From the sequence record OQ845958.1: a stretch of DNA of 64,000 nucleotides; one strand, 5' to 3'. Shown here piece by piece: positions 28,408 through 37,285 of this stretch. The DNA is from Escherichia phage pEC-M719-6WT.2. The position numbers were made by a program, and so were the translations under genes. How positions within the stretch are numbered: position 1 is the first letter of the stretch; each line of letters begins with the position of its first letter. Below the pieces are notes generated by a model that was not told where the DNA came from, did no database searches, and saw only the letters and a list, made by a program, of their open reading frames with translations.

Positions 28408-28439
28408 TGGTCCTCCGGGACCATTGAAATGAGGAAACT

Positions 28440-29468
28440 ATGTCATATATTGATAGAGAATTTGCAGTCAAAGCTTTATCGTATCAACCACGTTACAGAG
28501 AAGTCACCGGGAGCACATTTAAGGCAAACTGTCGTTGTAAGGTTTGTGGTGACTCCCAGAAAGATTCGCACAAGGCTCGATTCTGGGCGTATACCAATCC
28601 ATCTGATGGTGCGGTTTACGTGAAATGTTTTAACTGTGACTACTCCACGCATATAAGCAAATACATAAAAGAGTTTGAGCCGGATTTGCACCGGGAATAT
28701 ATGGTTGAGAAGTACAAGGAAAACGCCTTCGGTCGACAACGTAATGAAGTTGCAGAAGCTCCGAAAGAACCAGAAAAAACTCCGGTTATTGAAGAGCTTG
28801 CTTTTTGTGAAAGAATTGATACTTTACCAGAAGAGCATCCGATAGTTAAGTATGTAAAAAGTCGGTGTATTCCGAGCAATGTTTGGAACCGGTTATGGTT
28901 TACAAACAAATGGCCTGCATTAGTTAACTCCGTTAATCCTGGGACGTATAAGAATGAAACGAATGAACCACGCTTGGTTATTCCTATCTTCAACGGCAAA
29001 AAAGAAATCGAATCTTTCCAAGGACGAGCTCTTCGCAAAGATGCACCACAAAAATATATCACAATCAAAGCTCACCCAGAAGCTTCCAAAGTCTATGGCG
29101 TAGACAAGATTGATGAGCGCAAGCGCGTGTGGGTAATGGAAGGTCCGATTGATAGTTTGTTTATCCCTAACAGCATTGCGATAACTGGTGGAACATTAGC
29201 ATTGGAAGCCGTTCCTTATGCTGAAACCCGAGTATGGGTAATGGACAACGAGCCAAGACATCCGGATACGATTAAACGTATGAAGAAGCTCGTTGAAGCG
29301 GGTGAAGCCGTTATGTTCTGGGACAATGCACCATGGCATACGAAAGACATAAATGAGATGGTTAAATCGGAGGGCGCAACCCCTGAACAAATCGAATCAT
29401 ATATGGCCGATAACATTGCTCAAGGGTTGATGGCGAGAATGCGACTTTCGAAGTACGCAAAAGTTTAG
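28440..29468 (+). CDS. 61: DNA primase gp61
   Basis: 342 aa; N-terminal zinc ribbon (CRCKVCGDS...CFNCDY); same length as T4 gp61. Confidence 0.92.
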   Translation: MSYIDREFAVKALSYQPRYREVTGSTFKANCRCKVCGDSQKDSHKARFWAYTNPSDGAVYVKCFNCDYSTHISKYIKEFEPDLHREYMVEKYKENAFGRQRNEVAEAPKEPEKTPVIEELAFCERIDTLPEEHPIVKYVKSRCIPSNVWNRLWFTNKWPALVNSVNPGTYKNETNEPRLVIPIFNGKKEIESFQGRALRKDAPQKYITIKAHPEASKVYGVDKIDERKRVWVMEGPIDSLFIPNSIAITGGTLALEAVPYAETRVWVMDNEPRHPDTIKRMKKLVEAGEAVMFWDNAPWHTKDINEMVKSEGATPEQIESYMADNIAQGLMARMRLSKYAKV

Positions 29469-29586
29469 GAAGGAATTCCGGTAAGTTCCGCAGAAAAACA
29501 TCAAGAGCTAAAAAGCCCATGATGTTTCTTGTCTTTCTTACTGGTTAATTTCCAAATCCGATGGAATAATATTCACATTATTCCAT

Positions 29587-29784
29587 CTATATAAGGCCGA
29601 TTAATGCCAGTAAAATATCTACAACTGATTCGAGTGCAATGACTGGTAATATAACACCATGTGTCAATGCAACAGGGGCAACAACGAAGTTCCATAGTAG
29701 AACTAAACAGAGTATCGAAAGGACCAGAATCGTTCGCTTACGACTGCCTTTGATGGCTTGAATTAGACTAGATAGTTTGAGCAT
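29587..29784 (-). CDS. small two-TM membrane protein (reverse strand)
   Basis: 65 aa from internal Met with strong SD GGAGGA 5 nt upstream; hairpin downstream of stop. Confidence 0.45.
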   Translation of the reverse strand: MLKLSSLIQAIKGSRKRTILVLSILCLVLLWNFVVAPVALTHGVILPVIALESVVDILLALIGLI

Positions 29785-29869
29785 ATATCCTCCTTCCGTG
29801 TATTTATGCTTCAAACCAATATGATATAATTAACATACAAAATAACATGAATTGATAAGGAAAAATATA

Positions 29870-30388
29870 ATGGCTCATTTTAATGAATGTTCACAACTGA
29901 TTGCCGGTGTTGATAAAGCTGCTCTGGCTTATGACAATGCAATTACAAAAGGTACTGACCCGCTGCAGATTATGCTTGATATGCAGAAATCATTGCAAGT
30001 TCGTCTGGCTACTGAAAAACCAGAATATAACTCACATCCAGATGAATTGGCTACTGCAGGTGATGTTGTTGCATGGCTTCGTAACCAGAAAGATTATATC
30101 GACGACGAATTCCGTGAACTTCTGACTTCTCTCGGTGGTATGTCTAATGGCGAGAAAGCTGCATCTAGTGTATGGAAACCATGGAAAGTCCAACATGCTG
30201 AATTCCGTAATCGTCGTATTGATGAGTTGTCTCCCGAAGACCAGCTCGAAATTAAATTTGAGATGATTGATATCCTGCACTTTGTTCTGAACATGTTCCA
30301 TGGCCTTGGACTGACTGCAGAAGAAATCTTTAAATTGTATTACCTGAAAAACGCTGAGAACTTTGCTCGTCAGGACCGGGGTTATTAA
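29870..30388 (+). CDS. 56: dCTP pyrophosphatase gp56 (MazG-like dCTPase/dUTPase)
   Basis: 172 aa, MAHFNECSQLIAGVDKA...IDDEFRELLTSLG...FARQDRGY; strong match to remembered T4 gp56. Confidence 0.88.
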   Translation: MAHFNECSQLIAGVDKAALAYDNAITKGTDPLQIMLDMQKSLQVRLATEKPEYNSHPDELATAGDVVAWLRNQKDYIDDEFRELLTSLGGMSNGEKAASSVWKPWKVQHAEFRNRRIDELSPEDQLEIKFEMIDILHFVLNMFHGLGLTAEEIFKLYYLKNAENFARQDRGY

Positions 30389-30390
30389 GT

Positions 30391-30398
30391 TATAAATA
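30391..30398 (+). promoter_or_regulatory. late promoter TATAAATA for soc
   Basis: Exact consensus 32 nt upstream of soc ATG. Confidence 0.6.
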
Positions 30399-30429
30399 CA
30401 CCCGTAATTAAACAACAAAGGAGTTAATT

Positions 30430-30663
30430 ATGGGTGGTTTCGTTAATATCAAAACCTTTACGCATCCAGCTGGTGAAGGTAAAGAAGTTAAAGGTGTTGA
30501 AGTATCTGTTCCGTTTGAAATCTATTCAAATGAGCATCGTATTGCGAATGCACACTATCAGACTTTTCCTTCCGAAAAGGCCGCTTATGTCACCGTAGCG
30601 TCTAGTGCAGCTGATTGGCGAACTAAGAACGCGGCGATGTTTACGCCTACCCCAGTAGTTTAA
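30430..30663 (+). CDS. soc: small outer capsid protein Soc
   Basis: 77 aa, FVNIKTF...AHYQTFPSEKAAY matches remembered T4 Soc; late promoter upstream, terminator downstream. Confidence 0.85.
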   Translation: MGGFVNIKTFTHPAGEGKEVKGVEVSVPFEIYSNEHRIANAHYQTFPSEKAAYVTVASSAADWRTKNAAMFTPTPVV

Positions 30664-30668
30664 TTATA

Positions 30669-30691
30669 GGGAACCTTCGGGTTCCCTTTTT
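30669..30691 (+). terminator. intrinsic terminator GGGAACC-ttcg-GGTTCCC + TTTTT
   Basis: 7-bp GC-rich stem, UUCG loop, T-run. Confidence 0.65.
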
Positions 30692-30714
30692 GCTTTTAAT
30701 AGAAGCGGTATAAT
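30691..30714 (+). promoter_or_regulatory. putative middle promoter (TGCTTTT box, TATAAT)
   Basis: MotA-box-like motif 11 nt upstream of TATAAT after soc terminator. Confidence 0.35.
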
Positions 30715-30739
30715 TATTTCAATTACAGAGGAGAATACT

Positions 30740-30937
30740 ATGTTAAACCGTTGGATTAAACCAAACAAAGCTTTAGATGAAATTATTGCTCATGATGTCC
30801 ATTTTAAGTATGGCCTGGGTGTGTTTGATGAAGTCATCGTACATTCATTCATGATGCATGACGATGACTCTTTAGAATTCAATATTGAAATCCGTTATGA
30901 TGATGGTCAAGTTGAATTTAAACGAGGTTTCCTATGA
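30740..30937 (+). CDS. hypothetical protein
   Basis: 65-aa ORF with SD GAGGAG. Confidence 0.4.
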   Translation: MLNRWIKPNKALDEIIAHDVHFKYGLGVFDEVIVHSFMMHDDDSLEFNIEIRYDDGQVEFKRGFL

Positions 30938-31287
30938 TTAGTTGGCTCAAGAATTTGTTCAAGACCAAACCAAACGAGGGTGTGGTTCCGGTTAGCCTGC
31001 CGGATGTTAAGCTAAGAGAATATGTTTACATGGGTGACGGCATGATGGAAGAAGTGGTCAAATCGAAATCAAAAGACCTATATTCTACAATGTCAGAAGA
31101 AGACTTACAAAAACGTTTAACTCGACTGCAAGAACAAAGAGCTCAAGCTCAAGCCCAAGCGCAAAGTAGTATCGATACTACTTCGATTGTGGTCACCGCC
31201 GCCGCAGTTAGTTCGTGGACCGGTGATTCGTCTTATTCCTCCTATGATTCGGGAAGCTGTGATTCGTCTTCCAGCTCGTGTGATTAA
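30934..31287 (+). CDS. hypothetical protein with Ser-rich low-complexity tail
   Basis: 117 aa; QAQAQAQ then Ser/Asp/Cys-rich C-terminus. Confidence 0.4.
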   Translation: MISWLKNLFKTKPNEGVVPVSLPDVKLREYVYMGDGMMEEVVKSKSKDLYSTMSEEDLQKRLTRLQEQRAQAQAQAQSSIDTTSIVVTAAAVSSWTGDSSYSSYDSGSCDSSSSSCD

Positions 31288-31482
31288 ATGAGAATTACAA
31301 GTTGGCTTAAAGATTGGTTGGTTACTCCAGGGATTGATGATTCCTGGGTAGCCAGGGCCGAGGAAGAAATGCAACGTGAAGCCGAAGAATGGGCCGTTAA
31401 CGGGCTTAAAGCCATGCAGGAAAAGAAGACTGAACGAGCAGCGCTTAAACTGATGCGTGATATCTACGGAGATAAATCATGA
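31288..31482 (+). CDS. hypothetical protein
   Basis: 64-aa ORF. Confidence 0.35.
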   Translation: MRITSWLKDWLVTPGIDDSWVARAEEEMQREAEEWAVNGLKAMQEKKTERAALKLMRDIYGDKS

Positions 31483-31624
31483 CACAAGAAGATGCTGAAC
31501 GCCGAGCAAAAGAAGCACTGGATTTGCTTTTGAAAATTGGCAGTAAAATGATGGAAGAAAACGAAAAGTACATCAAGGAAAATAAAGTTCCTGATGGTCC
31601 ATTAGTCGGTAAGAGGAAATCATT

Positions 31625-32107
31625 ATGAAAGTATATGAATTAGAATTCTATGTCCGTGATTCCGCTGGACAGACACGTCCTTACGATGCAACAGCCTGTC
31701 TTATCTTGCCATATAATGGCATGGATTCAGTTACTGAGTTGGAAACAAAATTAATGAACCTGACGATGCCAGAAAACGTTATGCTGAAGGTATTTCATAG
31801 AAAAAACGTTGATGTTGCCGAAGGGTGTCCGTTTACTGTTTCTGAAGCTCTGCACATCAAAGGCTATCGCCACCCGGACCTTTATGGCGAAGATACCATT
31901 TTCTATAAAGATAGAGATAAAATGGCCACTGAACGACTTAAAGGTCGCACATATCTGATTTCTGCACCTGAAGACCTTGCTGAAGTTGAACGTCAGATTT
32001 GGAAGCACTTTGATATTGGCCTACGCTTTACTTTAACAGAAGAAGCTATGCACGATACTAAAGTCCGAGCTCGTATGTATGGTTACGGCCCTATCGGTGG
32101 TTACTAA
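31625..32107 (+). CDS. hypothetical protein (Mrh-like by position and size)
   Basis: 160-aa ORF between soc and the mod genes; T4 mrh sits here. Confidence 0.35.
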   Translation: MKVYELEFYVRDSAGQTRPYDATACLILPYNGMDSVTELETKLMNLTMPENVMLKVFHRKNVDVAEGCPFTVSEALHIKGYRHPDLYGEDTIFYKDRDKMATERLKGRTYLISAPEDLAEVERQIWKHFDIGLRFTLTEEAMHDTKVRARMYGYGPIGGY

Positions 32108-32261
32108 TGGATTTATTTGAACTTTTTGAAGAGCCTAAAGCTCCTACGGAAGCCCGTGTGGACCTAGTTGACGAACTTGATGCGATTATACAGAAGCACG
32201 GTTTTAGCCTCCCAATGGAAGTTCTACGCGACCTGGCCTCATATTACGACGACCCACCTCC

Positions 32262-32531
32262 ATGGGCACCATGGGTGAAACAATGAACTGGTTAACAAAT
32301 ATTCCCACATCGGCGCTGGATATCGACCGTAAACATGCTCATAAGGAAATCGAGCAACAAAAAATTAATCGTTTACAAAGGCTTAAGACTGAATCCGAGA
32401 CAATTAAAGTCGAAACCCCGATAAAATCGAAAAGTTCTTACTCATCATATCAATCTCCATCATATCAATCTCCGATTGGTATGGCCGTAGACATTGCAGT
32501 CTTTGGCGTTCCACTTGGAGTGTTTAAGTAG
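32262..32531 (+). CDS. hypothetical protein
   Basis: 89-aa ORF with SSYSSYQSPSYQSP repeat. Confidence 0.35.
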   Translation: MGTMGETMNWLTNIPTSALDIDRKHAHKEIEQQKINRLQRLKTESETIKVETPIKSKSSYSSYQSPSYQSPIGMAVDIAVFGVPLGVFK

Positions 32532-32587
32532 TTTACTTACTCCCCTCCTAATGACATAATGGTCTTTCTTACAACAGAGAGACCATT

Positions 32588-33148
32588 ATGAACATCATCA
32601 AATCTGATACCGAACCCAACCAGTTAAAATTTAGTGAAATGGAGATAGCTTCATTATTTGAATGCCGTACATCAAAGGTTGATAAGACCTTGCATTCAAA
32701 TGTCAACTCAATCATCAAGTCAAGGTTGTCTATACCCGATACAGTCTTGTGGCGCGGGGTAACCCAGCAAGAGATTGATTTATTAGATGAAGCAAAAGAA
32801 TCAATGCAACCTTTTGAATTTGGACGGGTAACCTCCTTTACAGAAGACTATGGTATTGCCAGGGATTTTGCTGCAATGGAATATGTGACAAGGACTATCG
32901 TCAGATTGAATCAGACCAAAGCTTTTTGTTACCATGATGCGATGCGCAAAATCGCACTTGATGTTCCACTTGAATTCTTCAATACAGCTTCTGGTTCCGC
33001 CCAGGCAGCTACATTAAGGCGTGAAGAATACATGGACATGATTGATTCTGAGCTTGAATGGTTTGTTCCAGTTGACCAGAAATTCGTGGTAGTTGATGCT
33101 GGATTTATTGATGATTATTATGTTCTTGACTGTGTACAAGAGCAATAA
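32588..33148 (+). CDS. mono-ADP-ribosyltransferase, ModA/ModB family
   Basis: R-S-E ART signature: LWRG, VTSFTED, ELEW; tandem with next ORF. Confidence 0.6.
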   Translation: MNIIKSDTEPNQLKFSEMEIASLFECRTSKVDKTLHSNVNSIIKSRLSIPDTVLWRGVTQQEIDLLDEAKESMQPFEFGRVTSFTEDYGIARDFAAMEYVTRTIVRLNQTKAFCYHDAMRKIALDVPLEFFNTASGSAQAATLRREEYMDMIDSELEWFVPVDQKFVVVDAGFIDDYYVLDCVQEQ

Positions 33149-33192
33149 GACACGTTAAGATGTTCCTATCAACTACTGATGAGGATAATAAA

Positions 33193-33807
33193 ATGCTGTA
33201 CACTGATGACGTTTTGAATGGAATTATTAACACTGCCGCTTCTAGTGAGTCTTTTCGTAACCAATGTCAAGCGGAGATTGATGCTCTTTATACAGATAAT
33301 GAGCAATCAGTACTCTGGCAGTGTATGGAAAATAAACCTGACCTGATTCAAGAAGACTTGTCCAGGATTATCCGCAACAATCTGAATACTGCACCGCCGG
33401 CAGCATTGTTCCGTGGTATATCAAAGAAAACCATGGAATACCTGGAAGATTTAAGATATGTTGGTGCAACAATTGAATTCAATCGTGTAATGAGTTTTTC
33501 CAGGGACTGGCAGGTTGCAAGAAATTTCGCATCATACAGTTTCTATGGAACAAGGAACATTTTCTGTATAAACAATGCACCATATGCGTATAACTATCAG
33601 GAAGCAATCTTCAAAATGATTTGTGGTGCTCCTCCTGAAGAGTTCAATGGTGCATATCCAGAAGCAACCAGGAAGTCAAACTTGCACCTGGTTAATGATG
33701 AAGATGAGTTTATGTTTCCCGCTGGGACTACGCTCCGCGTAGACTTGATTGAAACACACCCATTGAATAACCTGTATACTGTTTGGCATTTAACTGTTTT
33801 GAACTAA
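33193..33807 (+). CDS. mono-ADP-ribosyltransferase, ModA/ModB family
   Basis: ALFRG, MSFSRD, EDEFMFP motifs; paralogue of preceding ORF. Confidence 0.6.
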   Translation: MLYTDDVLNGIINTAASSESFRNQCQAEIDALYTDNEQSVLWQCMENKPDLIQEDLSRIIRNNLNTAPPAALFRGISKKTMEYLEDLRYVGATIEFNRVMSFSRDWQVARNFASYSFYGTRNIFCINNAPYAYNYQEAIFKMICGAPPEEFNGAYPEATRKSNLHLVNDEDEFMFPAGTTLRVDLIETHPLNNLYTVWHLTVLN

Positions 33808-33859
33808 CCAAAGACCTTAGAACCATTATACACAATAAAAATAAAAGCGTTAAAGGTGA

Positions 33860-33912
33860 AAAAGTAGTGTACATAAAAGATGAATAGTATATAATGATTC
33901 CGTACTGAGTTA
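33860..33912 (+). promoter_or_regulatory. early promoter cassette (A-tract, -35 TGTACA, -10 TATAAT, conserved downstream GATTCCGTACTGAGTTA)
   Basis: One of three copies of the AAAAAGTAGTGTACA...ATAATGATTCC(A/G)TACTGAGTTA cassette. Confidence 0.5.
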
Positions 33913-33940
33913 TTCACGTCCGTAAGATGAGAAAAATATC

Positions 33941-34684
33941 ATGAATATGTCAAAAGAAGAGTTTGAATTAAAAGTTTACAAACGTCGCGAGCATACCAAA
34001 ACGTCTGCAAAACGTCGTAACAAGGATTTCAATCTGTCTAGTAAGTATATTGCCAATCTTTTGAAACAAGAATTCTGTGCGTATTCTGGTGAACGTTTTG
34101 ATGAAAATTCAACTCAAGATAAAGTTTCCTTTGAACGCTTTAACAATGATATAGGTTATATTGAAGGCAATGTTATCCCTGTCAAAACTAAGTACAACGG
34201 TTTACGTGCTGATTTATCTCTTGATGAACTTAAACGTGCACAGACTCGTTTGGCGGTGCGTATTAATGGCGGTTCTAAGATGCCCAATAGTTTTAAAGTA
34301 ACTCCCGCTGACTATTATAAAATTCGCAAAATTGTTAAAAATATTAAAGATACCGAACGTGGAATCAAGAAGCGTCAAAAACATTTAAAAGAGCTTTATA
34401 AAAGTGGCGCTAAAGATACCACCCCTTCTGTGATTGCAGTCAAGGCTCGTATCCATGGACAAATGGCTTCCATCGGAACTAGTCAACGTGGGCTGAAAAT
34501 GGTTATGGGTGGTCCTGACTGGCGTCTGAAAATGAAATCATCTGACGCTGAAACGCGTTACGATATGTATGATAAAATTATTCAAGGTCTGGAGCGTTTA
34601 GATAAGTTGTCATTCATTGACCGCCTTAAACTGAAACGTGGTCTGCCTTTGAACGCGTCAATTTTTAAACTGATTAGAGGTTAA
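33941..34684 (+). CDS. Srd-like protein (by position); carries HNH-like SFERFNNDIGYIEGNV motif
   Basis: 247-aa basic ORF between mod genes and dda where T4 has srd. Confidence 0.4.
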   Translation: MNMSKEEFELKVYKRREHTKTSAKRRNKDFNLSSKYIANLLKQEFCAYSGERFDENSTQDKVSFERFNNDIGYIEGNVIPVKTKYNGLRADLSLDELKRAQTRLAVRINGGSKMPNSFKVTPADYYKIRKIVKNIKDTERGIKKRQKHLKELYKSGAKDTTPSVIAVKARIHGQMASIGTSQRGLKMVMGGPDWRLKMKSSDAETRYDMYDKIIQGLERLDKLSFIDRLKLKRGLPLNASIFKLIRG

Positions 34685-34685
34685 T

Positions 34686-34985
34686 GTGATGTACTACGCA
34701 TATGTGCTGGTCCACAAAGATAAAGATGGTTTTGAACACCCATTGGAGTATGATGGAAAGGTTACCTTATACACCACAAAAGTGGGCGCAGAATATGAAC
34801 TTGCCAACTATTCATATACTACAAGCCGCTATTTACGCATGGGACGTATTGAAACAGTATGCACACCTAGAAAATGGTGGTTTGATAAGTGGGAAACAAA
34901 AACTGTTTTTCCTACTGAAGAACACGCACGAGAATTGAAATTAATTTTAGATACTTTATATGTTAAGCGAGTAAAATTGGCATGA
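34686..34985 (+). CDS. hypothetical protein (dda.1 position)
   Basis: 99-aa ORF overlapping dda start. Confidence 0.45.
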   Translation: MMYYAYVLVHKDKDGFEHPLEYDGKVTLYTTKVGAEYELANYSYTTSRYLRMGRIETVCTPRKWWFDKWETKTVFPTEEHARELKLILDTLYVKRVKLA

Positions 34986-36310
34986 TTAAATTTGAAGACT
35001 TGAACACAGGACAAAAAGAAGCTTTTGATTATATTACTGAAGCTATTCAGCGACGTTCAGGGGAATGTATCACTCTGAATGGTCCAGCTGGCACAGGTAA
35101 GACCACTCTGACAAAATTTGTCATTGACCACTTAGTGCGTAATGGAGTTATGGGAATTGTGCTTGCTGCACCAACTCACCAGGCGAAAAAAGTTTTATCT
35201 AAATTGTCTGGTCAAACAGCGAATACAATCCATAGTATCTTGAAGATTAACCCAACGACATATGAAGACCAAAACGTTTTTGAACAGCGCGAAATGCCTG
35301 ACATGTCAAAATGCAATGTTCTGGTTTGTGATGAAGCAAGTATGTATGACGGGTCTCTGTTTAAGATTATTCTTAACTCTGTTCCTGAATGGTGCACTAT
35401 TCTTGGAATTGGTGATATGCACCAGCTGCAGCCGGTTGACCCAGGAAGCACACAGCAAAAGATAAGCCCGTTCTTTACGCATCCTAAGTTCAAACAGATT
35501 CATCTGACTGAGGTCATGCGAAGCAATGCTCCTATCATTGAAGTGGCGACAGAAATTCGCAATGGCGGCTGGTTTCGCGACTGTATGTATGAAGGCCATG
35601 GTGTGCAAGGTTTCACCTCACAAACCGCTTTAAAGGATTTCATGGTAAACTATTTCAGTATTGTAAAAGATGCTGATATGTTGATGGAAAACAGGATGTA
35701 TGCATACACGAATAAATCAGTTGAAAAACTGAACAATATTATTCGTCGCAAGCTCTATGAAACGGATAAAGCATTTTTACCGTATGAAGTCCTGGTTATG
35801 CAAGAGCCGCACATGAAAGAGTTGGAATTTGAAGGTAAGAAATTCAGCGAAACCATTTTTAATAATGGTCAGTTGGTTCGCATCAAGGATTGCAAATACA
35901 CTTCCACCATTCTCCGTTGTAAAGGCGAATCGCACCAGTTAGTGATTAATTACTGGGACCTGGAAGTTGAGTCAATTGATGAAGATGAAGAATATCAGGT
36001 TGACCGCATCAAAGTTTTACCAGAAGACCAGCAACCAAAATTCCAGGCATATCTGGCGAAAGTTGCTGACACATACAAACAGATGAAAGCCGCTGGTAAA
36101 CGTCCAGAGTGGAAAGACTTCTGGAAAGCGCGCAGGACCTTCTTGAAAGTCCGTGCTCTTCCGGTCAGTACAATCCACAAGGCCCAAGGCGTTTCAGTGG
36201 ACAAAGCATTCATCTATACTCCATGCATCCATATGGCCGAAGCTTCATTAGCGAGCCAGTTGGCTTATGTAGGAATCACACGAGCGAGGTACGACGCATA
36301 TTATGTATAA
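34982..36310 (+). CDS. dda: DNA helicase Dda (SF1B)
   Basis: 442 aa; Walker A GPAGTGKTT, DEASM; strong match to remembered T4 Dda. Confidence 0.95.
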   Translation: MIKFEDLNTGQKEAFDYITEAIQRRSGECITLNGPAGTGKTTLTKFVIDHLVRNGVMGIVLAAPTHQAKKVLSKLSGQTANTIHSILKINPTTYEDQNVFEQREMPDMSKCNVLVCDEASMYDGSLFKIILNSVPEWCTILGIGDMHQLQPVDPGSTQQKISPFFTHPKFKQIHLTEVMRSNAPIIEVATEIRNGGWFRDCMYEGHGVQGFTSQTALKDFMVNYFSIVKDADMLMENRMYAYTNKSVEKLNNIIRRKLYETDKAFLPYEVLVMQEPHMKELEFEGKKFSETIFNNGQLVRIKDCKYTSTILRCKGESHQLVINYWDLEVESIDEDEEYQVDRIKVLPEDQQPKFQAYLAKVADTYKQMKAAGKRPEWKDFWKARRTFLKVRALPVSTIHKAQGVSVDKAFIYTPCIHMAEASLASQLAYVGITRARYDAYYV

Positions 36311-36542
36311 AGTACATAAAGAAGATTTAGATAATCTTATCTATGGTATTCAGGACGCGGTTGAATTTTTCGAAGATAATCCGACTATCGTCGTGCAGGG
36401 TAATTACGTTTTGCTGGAACTGAATCTTATTCGGAAACGTATGGCCGCGATTGAATATTTTAACAATGAAGAGCCAGGGATTTTTATCTCCGACTATGTT
36501 GCTGGTGAAATTCAAAAATTAAAAGAGATGTGCGATGATTGA
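36303..36542 (+). CDS. hypothetical protein
   Basis: 79-aa ORF coupled to dexA. Confidence 0.45.
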   Translation: MYKVHKEDLDNLIYGIQDAVEFFEDNPTIVVQGNYVLLELNLIRKRMAAIEYFNNEEPGIFISDYVAGEIQKLKEMCDD

Positions 36543-37218
36543 TGCTATTATTGACTTTGAAACTCTGGGAAACGGCTCGAAGGGAGCCGTTATTGACCTG
36601 GCTCTGATTACATTCGAATCTGACCCTGCTATTGTGGAATCATTCGAAACCCTGGTTAATCGCGGCAAACGTATCAAGTTTAGCCTTGAATACCAAAAAG
36701 GTAAGCGTCTGTTCGATACAACAACCATGGGTTGGTGGAAAAAGCAATCAGCAGAAGCCCGTGTTAACTTGGCTCCTTCTGCGCAAGATGTTGATACTCT
36801 GACCGGTATCCAACAGGCAATTGATTATCTGAATGGTAATGGAATTAACAAATACGAAAGCCTTATGTGGTGTCGTGGAATGTCTTTTGACTTCCCGTTG
36901 TTTGTTGACCTTATCCGTGACCTACAGCGCAATGAGGGTATTCCCGAGCGTGAATTGAATACCTATGGCCTGGAGCCAGTTGTATTCTGGAACCAGCGAG
37001 ATATCAGGACAGCAATCGAAGCCCTATCACTCGTCCGTAAGATGTGTGAAACTCCATTACCAAAGGGGACTTTAGATGGATTTGTGGCGCATGATTCGGT
37101 GCATGACTGCGCGAAAGATATTTTGATGCTTAAGTATGCCCAGCGCTATGCTCTTGGTTTGGATGAAGTTCCTTCCGAAGAAGATGCAGACCCGTTATCT
37201 TTACCGAAAAAACGATAA
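36535..37218 (+). CDS. dexA: exonuclease A (DnaQ-like 3'-5' exonuclease)
   Basis: 227 aa, N-terminal DFET exonuclease motif, same length as T4 DexA. Confidence 0.8.
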   Translation: MIDAIIDFETLGNGSKGAVIDLALITFESDPAIVESFETLVNRGKRIKFSLEYQKGKRLFDTTTMGWWKKQSAEARVNLAPSAQDVDTLTGIQQAIDYLNGNGINKYESLMWCRGMSFDFPLFVDLIRDLQRNEGIPERELNTYGLEPVVFWNQRDIRTAIEALSLVRKMCETPLPKGTLDGFVAHDSVHDCAKDILMLKYAQRYALGLDEVPSEEDADPLSLPKKR

Positions 37219-37225
37219 AAAGTAG

Positions 37226-37254
37226 TGTACAAGGCCAATGGAAAGAGACATAAT
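37226..37254 (+). promoter_or_regulatory. early promoter (-35 TGTACA, -10 CATAAT)
   Basis: AAAAGTAGTGTACA, 17-nt spacer, CATAAT, then SD-hairpin motif. Confidence 0.45.
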
Positions 37255-37285
37255 CATCTCATCAACTACTGATGAGGATAACAAA

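Noticed and set aside
37258-37278. Hammerhead-ribozyme-like CUGAUGAGGA core in the recurrent 5' UTR motif
   Set aside because: No GAAA or stem II/III context; the motif is better explained as an SD-containing hairpin.
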